Assembly: GCA_963771175.1 (NCBI GenBank)
Contig: CAVYSY010000040.1
Location: 384,001-448,000 of the forward strand
DNA from: an uncultured delta proteobacterium
GTDB lineage: Bacteria; Myxococcota; Myxococcia; Myxococcales; Myxococcaceae
Length of the DNA stretch: 64,000 bases
Direction of reading: 5' to 3'
The translations under genes and the position numbers were made by a program. Under the pieces are notes generated by a model. That model worked only from the letters and a program-made list of their open reading frames with translations, was not told the origin of the DNA and ran no database searches. Numbering within the stretch: the first letter of the stretch is position 1; every line of letters starts with the position of its first letter. This document shows, in pieces, positions 30,647-40,103 of the stretch.

Positions 30647-30674
30647 TCGATGAAGTGAGCACGAGGACCCCGCA

Positions 30675-31040
30675 TCACCTGGCAAAAGCCCGGAGCGCCT
30701 CATCCCAACTCAGCCGGGAGCACCGCTCCACCCACCGCGCCACGGTCTCCGCTCCCGTTCTCGCGGCCAGCGCCACCACGGCGGCCTTTTCGAGCGGTGC
30801 ATCGAAACGCTCGCGCGCGTCCCTGGCCAGCTTCTGCACGTCCACGGGGCTGGTCAGGTATGCCACCGCCAGGCCTCCCGGTCGGGTGAGCGCCTCGTAG
30901 GCGCGGCGCAACCGCTGGAACCCCTCCAGATCCTGGTGAGGTGGGTGCCGCGCCAGCGCGGCGAAGTATGCGCTCTTGACGGCGACCGGGTCCATCGTAG
31001 GCGCCAACCCCAATACGGCGAACGGCTCTTCGGGCGTCAT
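30675..31040 (-). CDS. Small J-domain protein (HPP variant)
   Basis: MTPEEPFAVLGLAPTMDPVAVKSAYFAALARHPPHQDLEGFQRLRRAYEAL follows the J-domain helix pattern, with HPP in place of HPD. Confidence 0.8.
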   Translation of the reverse strand: MTPEEPFAVLGLAPTMDPVAVKSAYFAALARHPPHQDLEGFQRLRRAYEALTRPGGLAVAYLTSPVDVQKLARDARERFDAPLEKAAVVALAARTGAETVARWVERCSRLSWDEALRAFAR

Positions 31041-31041
31041 A

Positions 31042-33066
31042 TCAGCTGCTCTCCTCCCCTTCCTCCGGAGAGACAGCCTTCGGGGGGCTTCTCTCGGACT
31101 CCTTCGGTGGCGCCGCACCCTCCGCGGCGGGCTTCTTCTTCGAGCGTGACGCACGGCGCGCCGTGGTGCTCGCGGCCTTCTTCTTCCGCGAAGCCCCGCG
31201 CTTGCGCAGCCGGTGCCCATGCTCGTGCGCCAACGCCTGCGCCTGCTCCACCACCGGGGCATGGAGAGCGGGTAACTGCTCCGACAGGGCCCGCATGAAG
31301 GCCTCCAGCACCGGGTGGAGGTACTTGCAAGGGGTGTTCATCCTCCCGGCGGCCACCACCGCCTCGGCGAGCGCCAGCACATTGGCGGCGCGGCGCTCCA
31401 GCCAGCGTTCCAGAATGCGCCTGGCGAGCGCCTCCCGACCGAACACCTCCATCGTACGGAGCGCCTCGATATGCCCCGTGTTCCCAGGATGGGCCTCCAG
31501 GTACCGCACGGCGGCATCCCATGCCTCGGCATCCGAGGAAGCATGGCGCACCGCCTCCTCGAGGAACTCCACCTGGTAGGTCAGCACCCTGGGAGCGAAC
31601 CGGCGCCAGATGCGCAGGCCGTTCCCGGTCAGCTTCATCGAGGAGTAGACCTGCTCCATCGCTCCCTCCATCCCCATCAGCATCCGCTCTGCCTCCTCCA
31701 TGTTCCGCGCGCCGCGCAGCAGCCGCTCCAACTGCCGTCCTCCCTGCTTCATCCGACTGCGGTCCAGCAGGATACAGACGGCTTCGCTGAGTTCCCTCCG
31801 AAGCTCCTCGGTCGCGTCCTCCCAGCAGACATCCACCCATGACTCCACCAGGTCCGGTGCGCAGGTAGAGGCCACGCACTCGATCAACTCCATCCGCTCA
31901 GAGGGCACGGCCCCACCCAGCCAGGACAGCAGGGAAGAGGCCTCCGTAGCGACCAGCCGGCCCAAGCCCTCCTGGAGCCACCCGGGTGCGTTTGGCGCCT
32001 CGGGGTTCTGCTCGCACCAGGCCAGGAAGGCCCGCGCCCAGAGGGGCGCGTTCGCGCTCCGGGCCAGCAATTCCTGGTAGAGGCCCAGCGCCCGCGGCAG
32101 GGCCGCCCCCTCGAAGCGGAGCCCGGACACCGCCTGCACCACCCAGGGCTGGGCCGACGGTTGGAGCGCCGCGGCCTGAGCCAGGGTGCATAGGGGCTCG
32201 GCGTCCTCGATGCGCGAGACGACCGTCTGCGCAAGCCCCGCGGCTACCACCCGCAGCGCCTGCAACGTAGGAGCGGACAGGGCCTCGGGGGCTCCTCCCT
32301 CACGCACCGCCCGGGCCAACAGCGAGGCTGACTCCGAGAGAGCGGCGTGCCCCTTGCCCTCCGCCGCCCGGAGCCACAGCTCTCGCGCCGCCAGCTGTCC
32401 CGCCAGCTCCCATACCGCCCGAGCTACCTCGGCGGGTGCCGCTCGTGCCCACGCCTCGGCGCGGCTGGCGAAGACGGGGAAGGGCTCGAGCGCGCACAGG
32501 GCGAGGAGCGCCCCTTCCACCTCCTCCAGCGAGCGGGGCGGCGGCAGCGAGACGCGCTGGCTCGGCGGTTCGATTCCCAGGAGCGAATCCACCGGGGGCA
32601 GGCGCTCGAGCGCCGGGGCGATGAGCTCTGGAGAGGGGCTCCCCTCGGAGGAGAGCCAGCCATCCATCGCCCTGGCCAGAAGGGGCGCATGCGCTCGCGC
32701 CGGGTCGGTGAGGGGTTGCCACAGCCGCCGCGCGCGCTCCCAATCGCGGGCGCGGCCCGCCGCCCATACCAGTGGCCAGTACGTGGCCCAGGCCTCCTCT
32801 GGAGCCGCGCCTCGCTCCACCAGGCCGGGCTCGGCGTCCACGCGCACGGCCTGGGTGCTGAGCGTCCTCCAGGAGCCGCGGCGGTGCTGCTCCCGGACGG
32901 CCTGCCGGAAGAGGGCGGCGCCGCTGGGGAGCAGTTCCTCCCGCAGCGGCGGTGGCAGCCGCAGTAGCGCGGACAGCATCCCCTCCAGGTCCCCTCGTTC
33001 CTGGTACTTTCGGGCCTCCTCCAGCCACTGACGGTGCTGGCGCCCGGTGCGGTCGTGCTTCACCAT
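31042..33066 (-). CDS. Alpha-helical hypothetical protein in the Hsp70 operon
   Basis: 674-aa Ala/Leu/Trp-rich ORF with a basic C-terminal tail, 3 bp after the Hsp70 gene and 1 bp before the J-domain gene. Confidence 0.7.
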   Translation of the reverse strand: MVKHDRTGRQHRQWLEEARKYQERGDLEGMLSALLRLPPPLREELLPSGAALFRQAVREQHRRGSWRTLSTQAVRVDAEPGLVERGAAPEEAWATYWPLVWAAGRARDWERARRLWQPLTDPARAHAPLLARAMDGWLSSEGSPSPELIAPALERLPPVDSLLGIEPPSQRVSLPPPRSLEEVEGALLALCALEPFPVFASRAEAWARAAPAEVARAVWELAGQLAARELWLRAAEGKGHAALSESASLLARAVREGGAPEALSAPTLQALRVVAAGLAQTVVSRIEDAEPLCTLAQAAALQPSAQPWVVQAVSGLRFEGAALPRALGLYQELLARSANAPLWARAFLAWCEQNPEAPNAPGWLQEGLGRLVATEASSLLSWLGGAVPSERMELIECVASTCAPDLVESWVDVCWEDATEELRRELSEAVCILLDRSRMKQGGRQLERLLRGARNMEEAERMLMGMEGAMEQVYSSMKLTGNGLRIWRRFAPRVLTYQVEFLEEAVRHASSDAEAWDAAVRYLEAHPGNTGHIEALRTMEVFGREALARRILERWLERRAANVLALAEAVVAAGRMNTPCKYLHPVLEAFMRALSEQLPALHAPVVEQAQALAHEHGHRLRKRGASRKKKAASTTARRASRSKKKPAAEGAAPPKESERSPPKAVSPEEGEESS

Positions 33067-33069
33067 GGC

Positions 33070-34749
33070 TCAGGGCTCCGGGAGTCCCGGCCCGTGTTCG
33101 AGATTGAGGAAGAAATCCAGGAGCGCCTCCTCCGCGCGCTCGCGCGCCACGCCTTGGGCCTGCGCGTACTGGTCAAGAAGCCGCTTCAACTCGGCGCGGA
33201 GCCCGGGAGGGAGCCGCTCGAGCAGGGCATGCCCCTTGCGCTCCACCGCGCTCTGCCCCGGCGCCAGGGCCGGGACGGCCTTGCCCACGTCCGCCACCGA
33301 GAGGGCCACCGTCTTGGCGTTCGCCGTGCCGGGCTGGCTGACGGATACCTTCACCACCCCGTTGAGGTCGTAGGCGAACTCCACCCGCACCGGTGAGTTC
33401 GCGGGCCGGGGCTCGAGCGGGAAATCGAAGGCCCCCACCCGCGTGTTCTCCGAGACTCGGCGCGACTCGCCCTGAAACACCTCCACCTCGACGAGCTCCT
33501 GCTCGGGCACCAGGGTGTAGAACTCCTCCACCTTCGTTGTCGGCAACACCGTGTTGCGGCGGAGGACCGGGGCGAAGGTATCCGGCGTGGTGCTCCCGAG
33601 GTCGTCCTGTCCGATGACGCGCATGCCCAGGCTGTGCGACGCCACATCCACGAGGATGCGTCCCACCGGCTCGCCGGACAACATGCCGGCCTGGATGGCC
33701 GCGCCCAGCCCCACGGCCAGGTCTGGATCCACTTCCTCATGGATGTCTACTCCGAATGCCTCCTCCAGCATCTGGCGGACCCGAGGGATCCGCGTCGAGC
33801 CTCCCACCAAGCATATCTTGGACAGCGATTGCCCCTCGAGCCGGGCCTCCGCCAGGGCCTGGCGGGTCAGGGCCACGGTGGACTCGAGCAGCGGCTCGAT
33901 GAGCGCCTCGAAGTCGCGCCGCCGCACCTCCAGCTCGAGGTGGATGGGCCTGCCTTGCGCCTGGGTGAGGAACTCCTCCTTCACGTGCACGGAGATGTCC
34001 GCGGACAGACGGATCTTCGTCTCCTCGGCCAGCTGGCGCAGGCGCGCCATGGCCCGCACGTCCTCGCGAGGCTCCACGCCCTGCTTCTTGAGCTCCTCGA
34101 GGAAGAGCTGAACGAGCTTGTCGTCGAAGTCGTCCCCGCCCAGGTGGGTGTTGCCCGCGGTGGAGCGCACCTCGCGCACCCCCTGGAACACCTCGAGCAC
34201 CGACACGTCGAACGTGCCGCCCCCCAGGTCGTAGACGAGAAGGATCTCGGGCTCGGCCACACGGAGGACCTCGGGATGCAGCACGCGCTCATACAGGAGC
34301 GAGGCGCTGGTGGGCTCATTGAGCAGCCGCAACACGTGCAGCCCCGCGCGCTGGCCGGCCTCGAGGGTTGCGCGGCGCTGGGCGTCATCGAAGTAGGCAG
34401 GCACGGTAATGACCACGTCACGCACGGGGACGCCGGTGGCCTTCTCGGCTCCCCGCTTGAGCGCGGACAGGATTTCGGCGGAGACCTCCTCGGGAGACAC
34501 CTCGCGCCCGGCGATGGAGTAGCGGTGGAGCGTCCCCATCTTGCGCTTGGCCGAGCGGATGCACCGCTCGGGCCTCAGCAGCTCGAGGTTGCGCGCCTCG
34601 CGCCCCACGACGACACGATTGTCCTCGTAGAGCACCACCGAGGGGACGATGCGACTGCCTTCCACTGGCACGGCCACCGGGCGGCCCTCCACCAGGTGGG
34701 CGATGACAGAGTTGGTCGTACCCAGATCGATTCCAAAGACATGGCTCAA
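33070..34749 (-). CDS. Hsp70 family protein (non-canonical DnaK/HscC-like paralogue)
   Basis: [73 protein letters not shown]; 559 aa with a short lid. Confidence 0.93.
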   Translation of the reverse strand: MSHVFGIDLGTTNSVIAHLVEGRPVAVPVEGSRIVPSVVLYEDNRVVVGREARNLELLRPERCIRSAKRKMGTLHRYSIAGREVSPEEVSAEILSALKRGAEKATGVPVRDVVITVPAYFDDAQRRATLEAGQRAGLHVLRLLNEPTSASLLYERVLHPEVLRVAEPEILLVYDLGGGTFDVSVLEVFQGVREVRSTAGNTHLGGDDFDDKLVQLFLEELKKQGVEPREDVRAMARLRQLAEETKIRLSADISVHVKEEFLTQAQGRPIHLELEVRRRDFEALIEPLLESTVALTRQALAEARLEGQSLSKICLVGGSTRIPRVRQMLEEAFGVDIHEEVDPDLAVGLGAAIQAGMLSGEPVGRILVDVASHSLGMRVIGQDDLGSTTPDTFAPVLRRNTVLPTTKVEEFYTLVPEQELVEVEVFQGESRRVSENTRVGAFDFPLEPRPANSPVRVEFAYDLNGVVKVSVSQPGTANAKTVALSVADVGKAVPALAPGQSAVERKGHALLERLPPGLRAELKRLLDQYAQAQGVARERAEEALLDFFLNLEHGPGLPEP

Positions 34750-35306
34750 GGGGTATTCCTCACGATGATGGCTTCGCCCTCGCGAATGAGGCGCTCCCCC
34801 CGCAGGGCGGCGGCGCGAACCACGCGGGCAATGGCGCCCTCGGCGAAGCTGGGGTGGGGCTGAGTGCCTACAATCCGGAACAGGCGCCCGTCAGGAACGT
34901 GGCCGATGGAGGCCAGGCGCGTGATCCCGGAGGAGTTCAGAAAGCGCTCGATCCGGGCCGCCACCCCCATGAGTCCCGATGCGAGCGCCGCATCCGCCGC
35001 GACGCGGGAAGCCTCTTCGAGCAGATCCAGGGCATCCAGGAGCTCGTCCCAGGGGGGCTCGCGCCCCGAAGAGTTGCCCGACGTAGCGCCGCGGAGAGAA
35101 GAGAGCGAGCCCCTCAGCTCCGCGAGTCCCCCTTCCAGCTTGCGCTCCAGATCCTCGACATGGAGGGCCAGACGGGCCTGGGCCCGGGAGGACTTCTGGA
35201 CGGCATCCAGAAGCAGGGTGCCCCAGGTGGGAGGCGTCTCGGCAGGTAGTGTGGCCCCGGGCACTCCTGAACGTCCAATGAACAGGCGTCTCAGCCAGGT
35301 GAACAT
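34746..35306 (-). CDS. GrpE-like nucleotide exchange factor
   Basis: Coiled coil, then 'ELLDALDLLEEA...GLMGVAARIERFL...GITRLASIGHVPDGRLFRIVG...EGAIARVVRAA.LRGERLIREGEAII'. 4-bp overlap with the Hsp70 start. Confidence 0.75.
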   Translation of the reverse strand: MFTWLRRLFIGRSGVPGATLPAETPPTWGTLLLDAVQKSSRAQARLALHVEDLERKLEGGLAELRGSLSSLRGATSGNSSGREPPWDELLDALDLLEEASRVAADAALASGLMGVAARIERFLNSSGITRLASIGHVPDGRLFRIVGTQPHPSFAEGAIARVVRAAALRGERLIREGEAIIVRNTP

Positions 35307-35609
35307 CAAATCAACGCCGCTCGTTTCCGACCGGCGCTCCATGCAAAGCAGAATCAGAGCCACGGCTTCAGTTCACGCACCAACGCTCGTGGCCGCGCCA
35401 AACAGCTCACCGCAACGCGATGACCCCTCCCGCTCGCGCGGATGTGTCTCCCATTCTTCTCTCGATACGGGCATTCCTGGGGCCTACTTCTCCCATGGGG
35501 CTCCATGACATGACCTCGCCCGTCATGTCCAGTACTTCCTTCTCGCTTCCATCCCCCCTTGGGAAGGCCCTCTCCCATGAGCGGGTACAGGTAAAGGATG
35601 TCTGTTGTT

Positions 35610-35893
35610 GAGAGTGAGACGGAGCGAAGCCGCAACCGCGGCGGCAACTGCCCCCTGCTCCGGCTGCCACTCCCGGAACGGTCTCGGCGAGGCGTAGCGG
35701 GCACCGCCCTTCGTTTCCTCCCGCTCCGGCCTCTCACTGGCGGCTACTTCCAACAGGGCGGCCTGCTCCGGCTTCTTCCTCGAGGTGGTGCTCACCCTCG
35801 ACCTTCAACCAGAACTCGCCTTCCCCCTGAAGGACCACCTGGGGCGTCTCCCCTCTGGTCCACCCTATACGGTGGGGTGCTCCGTCAGTCCTC
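35610..35893 (-). mobile_element. Possible internally deleted IS remnant (IS1182-like transposase N-terminus)
   Basis: Minus ORF from 35795 reads ...PRPFREWQPEQG/QLPP, similar to IS1182 N-termini, then breaks. Imperfect terminal inverted repeats share GACGGAGC. No target duplication seen. Confidence 0.35.
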
Positions 35894-36014
35894 GCGTGCC
35901 ACGGGCTCCCCACACGGCATCCTCCTTGCGGGCTGCCGCCACAACGCGCTCACGCCCGTCCACCCGCATCCGTTCATCTTGGGTACGCAGCGGCTGCATG
36001 TCCCCGTGATCCCT

Positions 36015-36308
36015 TCAGGAGACGAGCTTCGATCCGATGAAGCGCAGGAGCGACGAGAGCCAGACCAGGGCGTAGGCGATGGGAGGGCGTTGGCCGGACG
36101 CGATCTTCGCCACCTCGTTCCAGTCATCGGACAACTGCCCCACCGTCAGCTCGGACTCGGGAGGAGGGGAGTACACCGAATACAGCCGCTTCTCCGGGAT
36201 GTTCCAGTAGAAGTCCTCGGTGACGTCGATCTCCGTGCGGCCTGTTCGCTCCAGGTGATCGAACAGGGCATCTGCCGCCCGTCGTAGGTCGGAAAGCTGG
36301 ATCCTCAC
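36015..36308 (-). CDS. Small hypothetical protein, probable orphan immunity protein
   Basis: VRIQLSDLRRAADALFDHLE...EDFYWNIP...GQLSDDW...YALVWLSSLLRFIG. GTG start overlaps the TGA of an upstream fragment. Confidence 0.55.
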   Translation of the reverse strand: MRIQLSDLRRAADALFDHLERTGRTEIDVTEDFYWNIPEKRLYSVYSPPPESELTVGQLSDDWNEVAKIASGQRPPIAYALVWLSSLLRFIGSKLVS

Positions 36309-36537
36309 GGGGCCCTCACCAGCCACTTCTCGCCAGCAAGGTCGGACGGAGCGAGATCCGCCAGGGCCTTCAGGAGTTCGGCTTCGACATCCGCGATCGC
36401 GCTGGCCAATTTGTCCGGGATGAGGTCGGCCACATCTTCAAGCTCGGTGGCCATTCCGAGCCTGTCATGTCGAAGAGCATTTTAAGGTAGGCGTACATCG
36501 CCGCGTATGCTTCCTTGAGCGTGATCTTGTCATCCAT
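36305..36537 (-). pseudogene. Chimeric gene fragments (5' of one small gene joined to 3' of another)
   Basis: MDDKITLKEAYAAMYAYLKMLFDMTGS (from 36537) loses its protein-like character near 36455. A different frame (36454..36305) reads MATELEDVADLIPDKLASAIADVEAELLKAL...WLVRGP*. Confidence 0.45.
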
Positions 36538-36590
36538 GCGATGCCTCGACATCAGTTTCGAACTCGGCATCGAATGCGGCGATTGCTTCT

Positions 36591-36909
36591 TCAGAAGTCC
36601 TGTGGGTCGGTCCATTCAAAGTCTTCATCTCCGCCAGTCCTTGCGAGAGTTCAATTTTTCACCCAGTCTCGTGATGAGATCCTGGAGGGCCTCTACTTCT
36701 GTCCGTCCGAGTCCTGCCTCCCCATCGGGAGTGCCATTGGCATTTTTTACACACACATTGGCAACCGCGAGGAAGCCCCCGGAGCCTTCTTCGAGAACCT
36801 TGATCTTGTATTTGGTCCATGGAATACCGCGCATGTCGCGAATCTCGAAGACGTTGACCACCCGCGAAATGCTCGCGGCACCATGCAGATCGATTGCCCT
36901 CCAATCCAT
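36591..36909 (-). CDS. Putative cognate immunity protein (SitI-like)
   Basis: Starts 24 bp after the toxin stop, with a GGAG RBS and lower GC. ORF 36625..36909; a one-base shift near 36632 extends it to ...DEDFEWTDPQDF* (36591). Confidence 0.6.
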
Positions 36910-36933
36910 CTGATTTCTCCCTTCTGGTTTGTC

Positions 36934-38229
36934 CTACCGAGACCCGAAAGATAAGATTCGCCCATCTGGCGCGAAATCAATATACCGGCCGTTCTTGACA
37001 TAGCGAATCACACCATCGGTGGCGCCTTCAACTGGGAGTTTTTGTGCGCCCTTGAGTCTCTGTGCGAATTCAAGGGCCTTCCGTAGATACTGTGCGACAT
37101 CCTTGGCATCAACCTCTGCTCCATGTTTGTTGAAGTGGGCCTGGAGTGACTTCGATGGAGAGTCGTAACTCCCTTCATGCCACCGCGTATTGACCTGCTC
37201 AAGGTCGTCCCCCTTCGGAGTGCCGCCACCGCTCGTGCCGCTTGATGTCATGGCCACCGCACCTGGCGCGAGGGCGATGGTGACGGTCTCGGCACTCACG
37301 GCAACCGTCTTCACTTCCCCCACCGCCGCGAGACGGATGCCCACCTGCGTCTCGGCTTGTACGGCCGCCTGCATCGAGCCGGGCAGCTTCGGCACCTTCG
37401 CGGCCAGCCCCGGCGCCGTGTTGCCAATGGCCGCCATGGACAGCATGGCGAATGCTCGCGCCGCGTTCCGGCCCATGAGCTTGCCGTACCGCTCGCCCGC
37501 CGCGCGCAGTTCGTTGAACGTGGTGGCCCGGTCCGCCTCGTCCATCAGCCGTTTGAAGCCGACGACGAGGCCCCAGAAGGTATCGACGCCCACGTAGGAA
37601 ATGATCGTGGCGGTCATCACGGCCGCGAGGCCCTTCGAGATCGTCACGTCGGGAATGGAGACGAGGACCATGTACGTCGTCCAGGTCCAGAGAACCGCCG
37701 CCACCATGGCGTGAGGGTCGGCCATGTCCTTGAACGCCTCCAGCATCTCGTCCAGCACGGCGCCCTTGGCCAGGGCCATGGCCAGCGCGAAACGACCATC
37801 CCCGTTGACGGTGGGGCTCTCCGTTAGCAGGCGCAGACAGTCCCCGGGCCTGCCGGTGCGCTCGCACCAGCGCAGGTAGTCGCGCGTCAATTCCACCTCC
37901 GGTGTTGTTGACTGCCCCTCCAGGTGCTCGCCCGGCTTGAGCGGAGTGATGCGGCGGCTGGGGGTCTCGTACGTGTACGAACCGCTCCGCGCCTCCACCT
38001 CGAACAGCCGCCGGGCGGCTTCCTGGGGCCGAGTGGGGGGCCGAACATCCCGAGCCAGTTCCGACACGGCATCCTCGAACTCGCCGTTGCCCAGAGTCAC
38101 CGGCGTGGCGCCGGAACGAGGGGTGAAGACGAGGGTGTCGGTCTGGCCCGTGTCCAGGCGCACGACCCGGGATGCAGTGCCACACCCGACGAGGAGAACC
38201 AGCACCACCGCCGTGCAGCTCAGCTTCAA
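36934..38229 (-). CDS. sitA5: SitA5-like polymorphic lipoprotein toxin with a putative RNase (BECR-type) C-terminal domain
   Basis: TTG start after GAGGA, lipobox LLVGC, conserved body 'RVVRLDTG...ELTRDYLRWCERTGRPGDCLRLL...RFALAMALA...YVGVDTFW...LRAAGERYGKLMG.NAARAF', and a lower-GC tip containing 'SLQAHFNKHGAE'. Confidence 0.75.
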   Translation of the reverse strand: MKLSCTAVVLVLLVGCGTASRVVRLDTGQTDTLVFTPRSGATPVTLGNGEFEDAVSELARDVRPPTRPQEAARRLFEVEARSGSYTYETPSRRITPLKPGEHLEGQSTTPEVELTRDYLRWCERTGRPGDCLRLLTESPTVNGDGRFALAMALAKGAVLDEMLEAFKDMADPHAMVAAVLWTWTTYMVLVSIPDVTISKGLAAVMTATIISYVGVDTFWGLVVGFKRLMDEADRATTFNELRAAGERYGKLMGRNAARAFAMLSMAAIGNTAPGLAAKVPKLPGSMQAAVQAETQVGIRLAAVGEVKTVAVSAETVTIALAPGAVAMTSSGTSGGGTPKGDDLEQVNTRWHEGSYDSPSKSLQAHFNKHGAEVDAKDVAQYLRKALEFAQRLKGAQKLPVEGATDGVIRYVKNGRYIDFAPDGRILSFGSR

Positions 38230-38387
38230 GGGGATTCCTCCCGGCCACCCCTCTATGGGTAGCCAGTCCGGAAGAATACCCAATGGGTACGACAACCCCT
38301 GGAGCGGGGGTCACGGGAAGGTCACTCCGCCCAGGGTGACGAGCCGGCCTCCGTTCTCGTCCCACAACTTGAGGAGGGGAAACGGGT

Positions 38388-38483
38388 CGGTAGGACAGAG
38401 GAATCGAACCTCCCAGGGACATGTCTCCATGCCCCCCACCGGTTTTGAAGACCGGGCCGGCCACCAGGTCCGGAGGCCCTACC
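38388..38483 (-). tRNA. selC: tRNA-Sec (anticodon UCA)
   Basis: 8-bp acceptor GGTAGGGC/GTCCTACC with G discriminator; anticodon arm CCGGT-CTTCAAA-ACCGG; long variable arm GGGCATG-GAGA-CATGTCC; 5-bp T arm GGAGG-TTCGATT-CCTCT. CCA not encoded. Confidence 0.93.
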
Positions 38484-38530
38484 ACTGCGCGATTACTGCC
38501 GGGCCTCGTGCGCCGCGTCAATGTCGCGCT

Positions 38531-39607
38531 TCAGTCCAGCCCGCGCTCCCACAGGTCGTCCTCGTCGAGCCCGATCAGGTGCCCCACCTCGTGCATCACG
38601 GTGATGCCGATCTGCTCGATGAGCTCCTCGCGCGTCCGCGCGAAGCGCTCCAGGTTCCGCTGGTACAGCACGATCGCCGCGGGGAAGTGGTCGACCGCGC
38701 TCAGTCACGCTGCGCTCGCCCACCGGCGTGCCCCGGAACACCCCCAGGATGGACGGCGACAGCGGCGGCGTCTCGGCGAGCAGGTCCTCGTCCGAGGGGA
38801 TCTCCTCCACCGCGATGGTGACGTTGTCCAGGTACTCCTTCACGTGCTCGGGCAGCGCCTTCACCGCGTCCTCCAGCGCCCGGTCGAACTCCTCCTCGCT
38901 CAGCTCCACCGGCGGAGGGAACTCCTCGGGCGCGAGCGCCCGCGCCTTCGCGAAGCGCTGCTTCGCCTCCTTCGCGTCCCCGCGCCGCTCGGCGATCAGC
39001 CCCAGGTAGTGGTGCGCCCACGGCTCGTCCGGCGCGTCCTCCAGCACCCGCTCGAAGGCGGCCTGCGCCTCCTCGAAGCGGCACAGCTCGAACAGGGCGA
39101 TGCGCCCGCTCCAGCCTGCGCCTCCACCGAGCGCGGCACGTGCCCCAGCGCCTCGTCCAGGCTCGCCAGCGCCCGCTCGCACTCGCCCAGCTGGTTCAGC
39201 GCCATGCCCTCCAGCAGGAGGAACTCGAAGAGCAGCTCCACGTCGTCCGGCCCGCTGGGCCAGCTTGCGCCCCCGGGCGCACAGCTCGAGGCCCTCCTCC
39301 ACCGCCTCGCGGTCCTCGCCCGCCCGGCTGACCAGGCAGCTCGGCCGCCCCCAGCAGCAGCTCCAGGTCGTCCGGGGCCACCTTCAGGGCCCGCCCGTAG
39401 GCCTCGGCCGCCTCCTCCAGCTCGCCCAGCTCCACCAGGGCGGCCGCCCGGTAGTGCAGGGCCTCCGGGAGCTCGGGGGCCTCGGCCAGCAGCGCCTCCG
39501 CCCCGGCCAGCGCCTCCTCGAAGTGCTCCCGCGTCGAAGGCCTCCGCCACCGCGTCGAGCCGCCTCCACGTCCGCCGGCGCCGCCCGTTTCGCGTCCGCT
39601 TCCCCAT
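38531..39607 (-). CDS. TPR-repeat + zincin-like metallopeptidase family protein (frameshifted)
   Basis: TPR helices (EALHYRAAALVELGELEEAAEAYGRAL; WAHHYLGLIAE), 'ALPEHVKEYLDNVTIAVEE.P...ILGVFRG', C-terminal ITVMHEVGHLIGLDEDDL. Confidence 0.8.
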
Positions 39608-39696
39608 GCGCGGCCACATACGAACCCGCTTCCGCGCGTTGTCAACGCGCGGTGCGCTGTTACGTTCCGCCGCCCCGTCACCCCTCGAAAGGGCCC

Positions 39697-40053
39697 GTGA
39701 ACATCCTCGTCGTCGATGACGATGTCGAGCTGTGCACGATGCTCTCTCGCTTCCTCGAGACGCACGGGTACACCGTCTATTCCGCGCCGACGCCTTGCAG
39801 GCGCTGGACGTCCTCGAGCGGCACACCGTGGACCTGGTCATCACCGACTACCGGATGCCGCACATGGACGGCATCCACTTCACCGAGAAGCTCAAGGCCG
39901 ACCCCCGCTACAAGAGCACCGCCGGTCATCCTCATGACCGCCAATGCCGACGGCAACGTCCTCGACAAGGGCATGCGCAAGGGCGTGGCCCTCACCCTGG
40001 CCAAGCCCATCGACTTCGATCAGCTGCTCAACCTCGTGGGCTTCGCCGAGTAG
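39697..40053 (+). CDS. Single-domain response regulator (frameshifted)
   Basis: VNILVVDDD...DLVITDYRMPHMDG...PVILMTA...LAKPIDFDQL across three frames. Confidence 0.85.
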   Translation: MNILVVDDDVELCTMLSRFLETHGYTVYSAPTPCRRWTSSSGTPWTWSSPTTGCRTWTASTSPRSSRPTPATRAPPVILMTANADGNVLDKGMRKGVALTLAKPIDFDQLLNLVGFAE

Positions 40054-40103
40054 CCCGTCCAGCATCCCGGCCGTTTGCTCCCCCACAGGCCCGCCGTTCC
40101 GTG

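Noticed and set aside
38230..38387. Integrase or att duplication next to tRNA-Sec
   Set aside because: No recombinase ORF and no second copy of the tRNA 3' end noticed by eye; only short hairpins.
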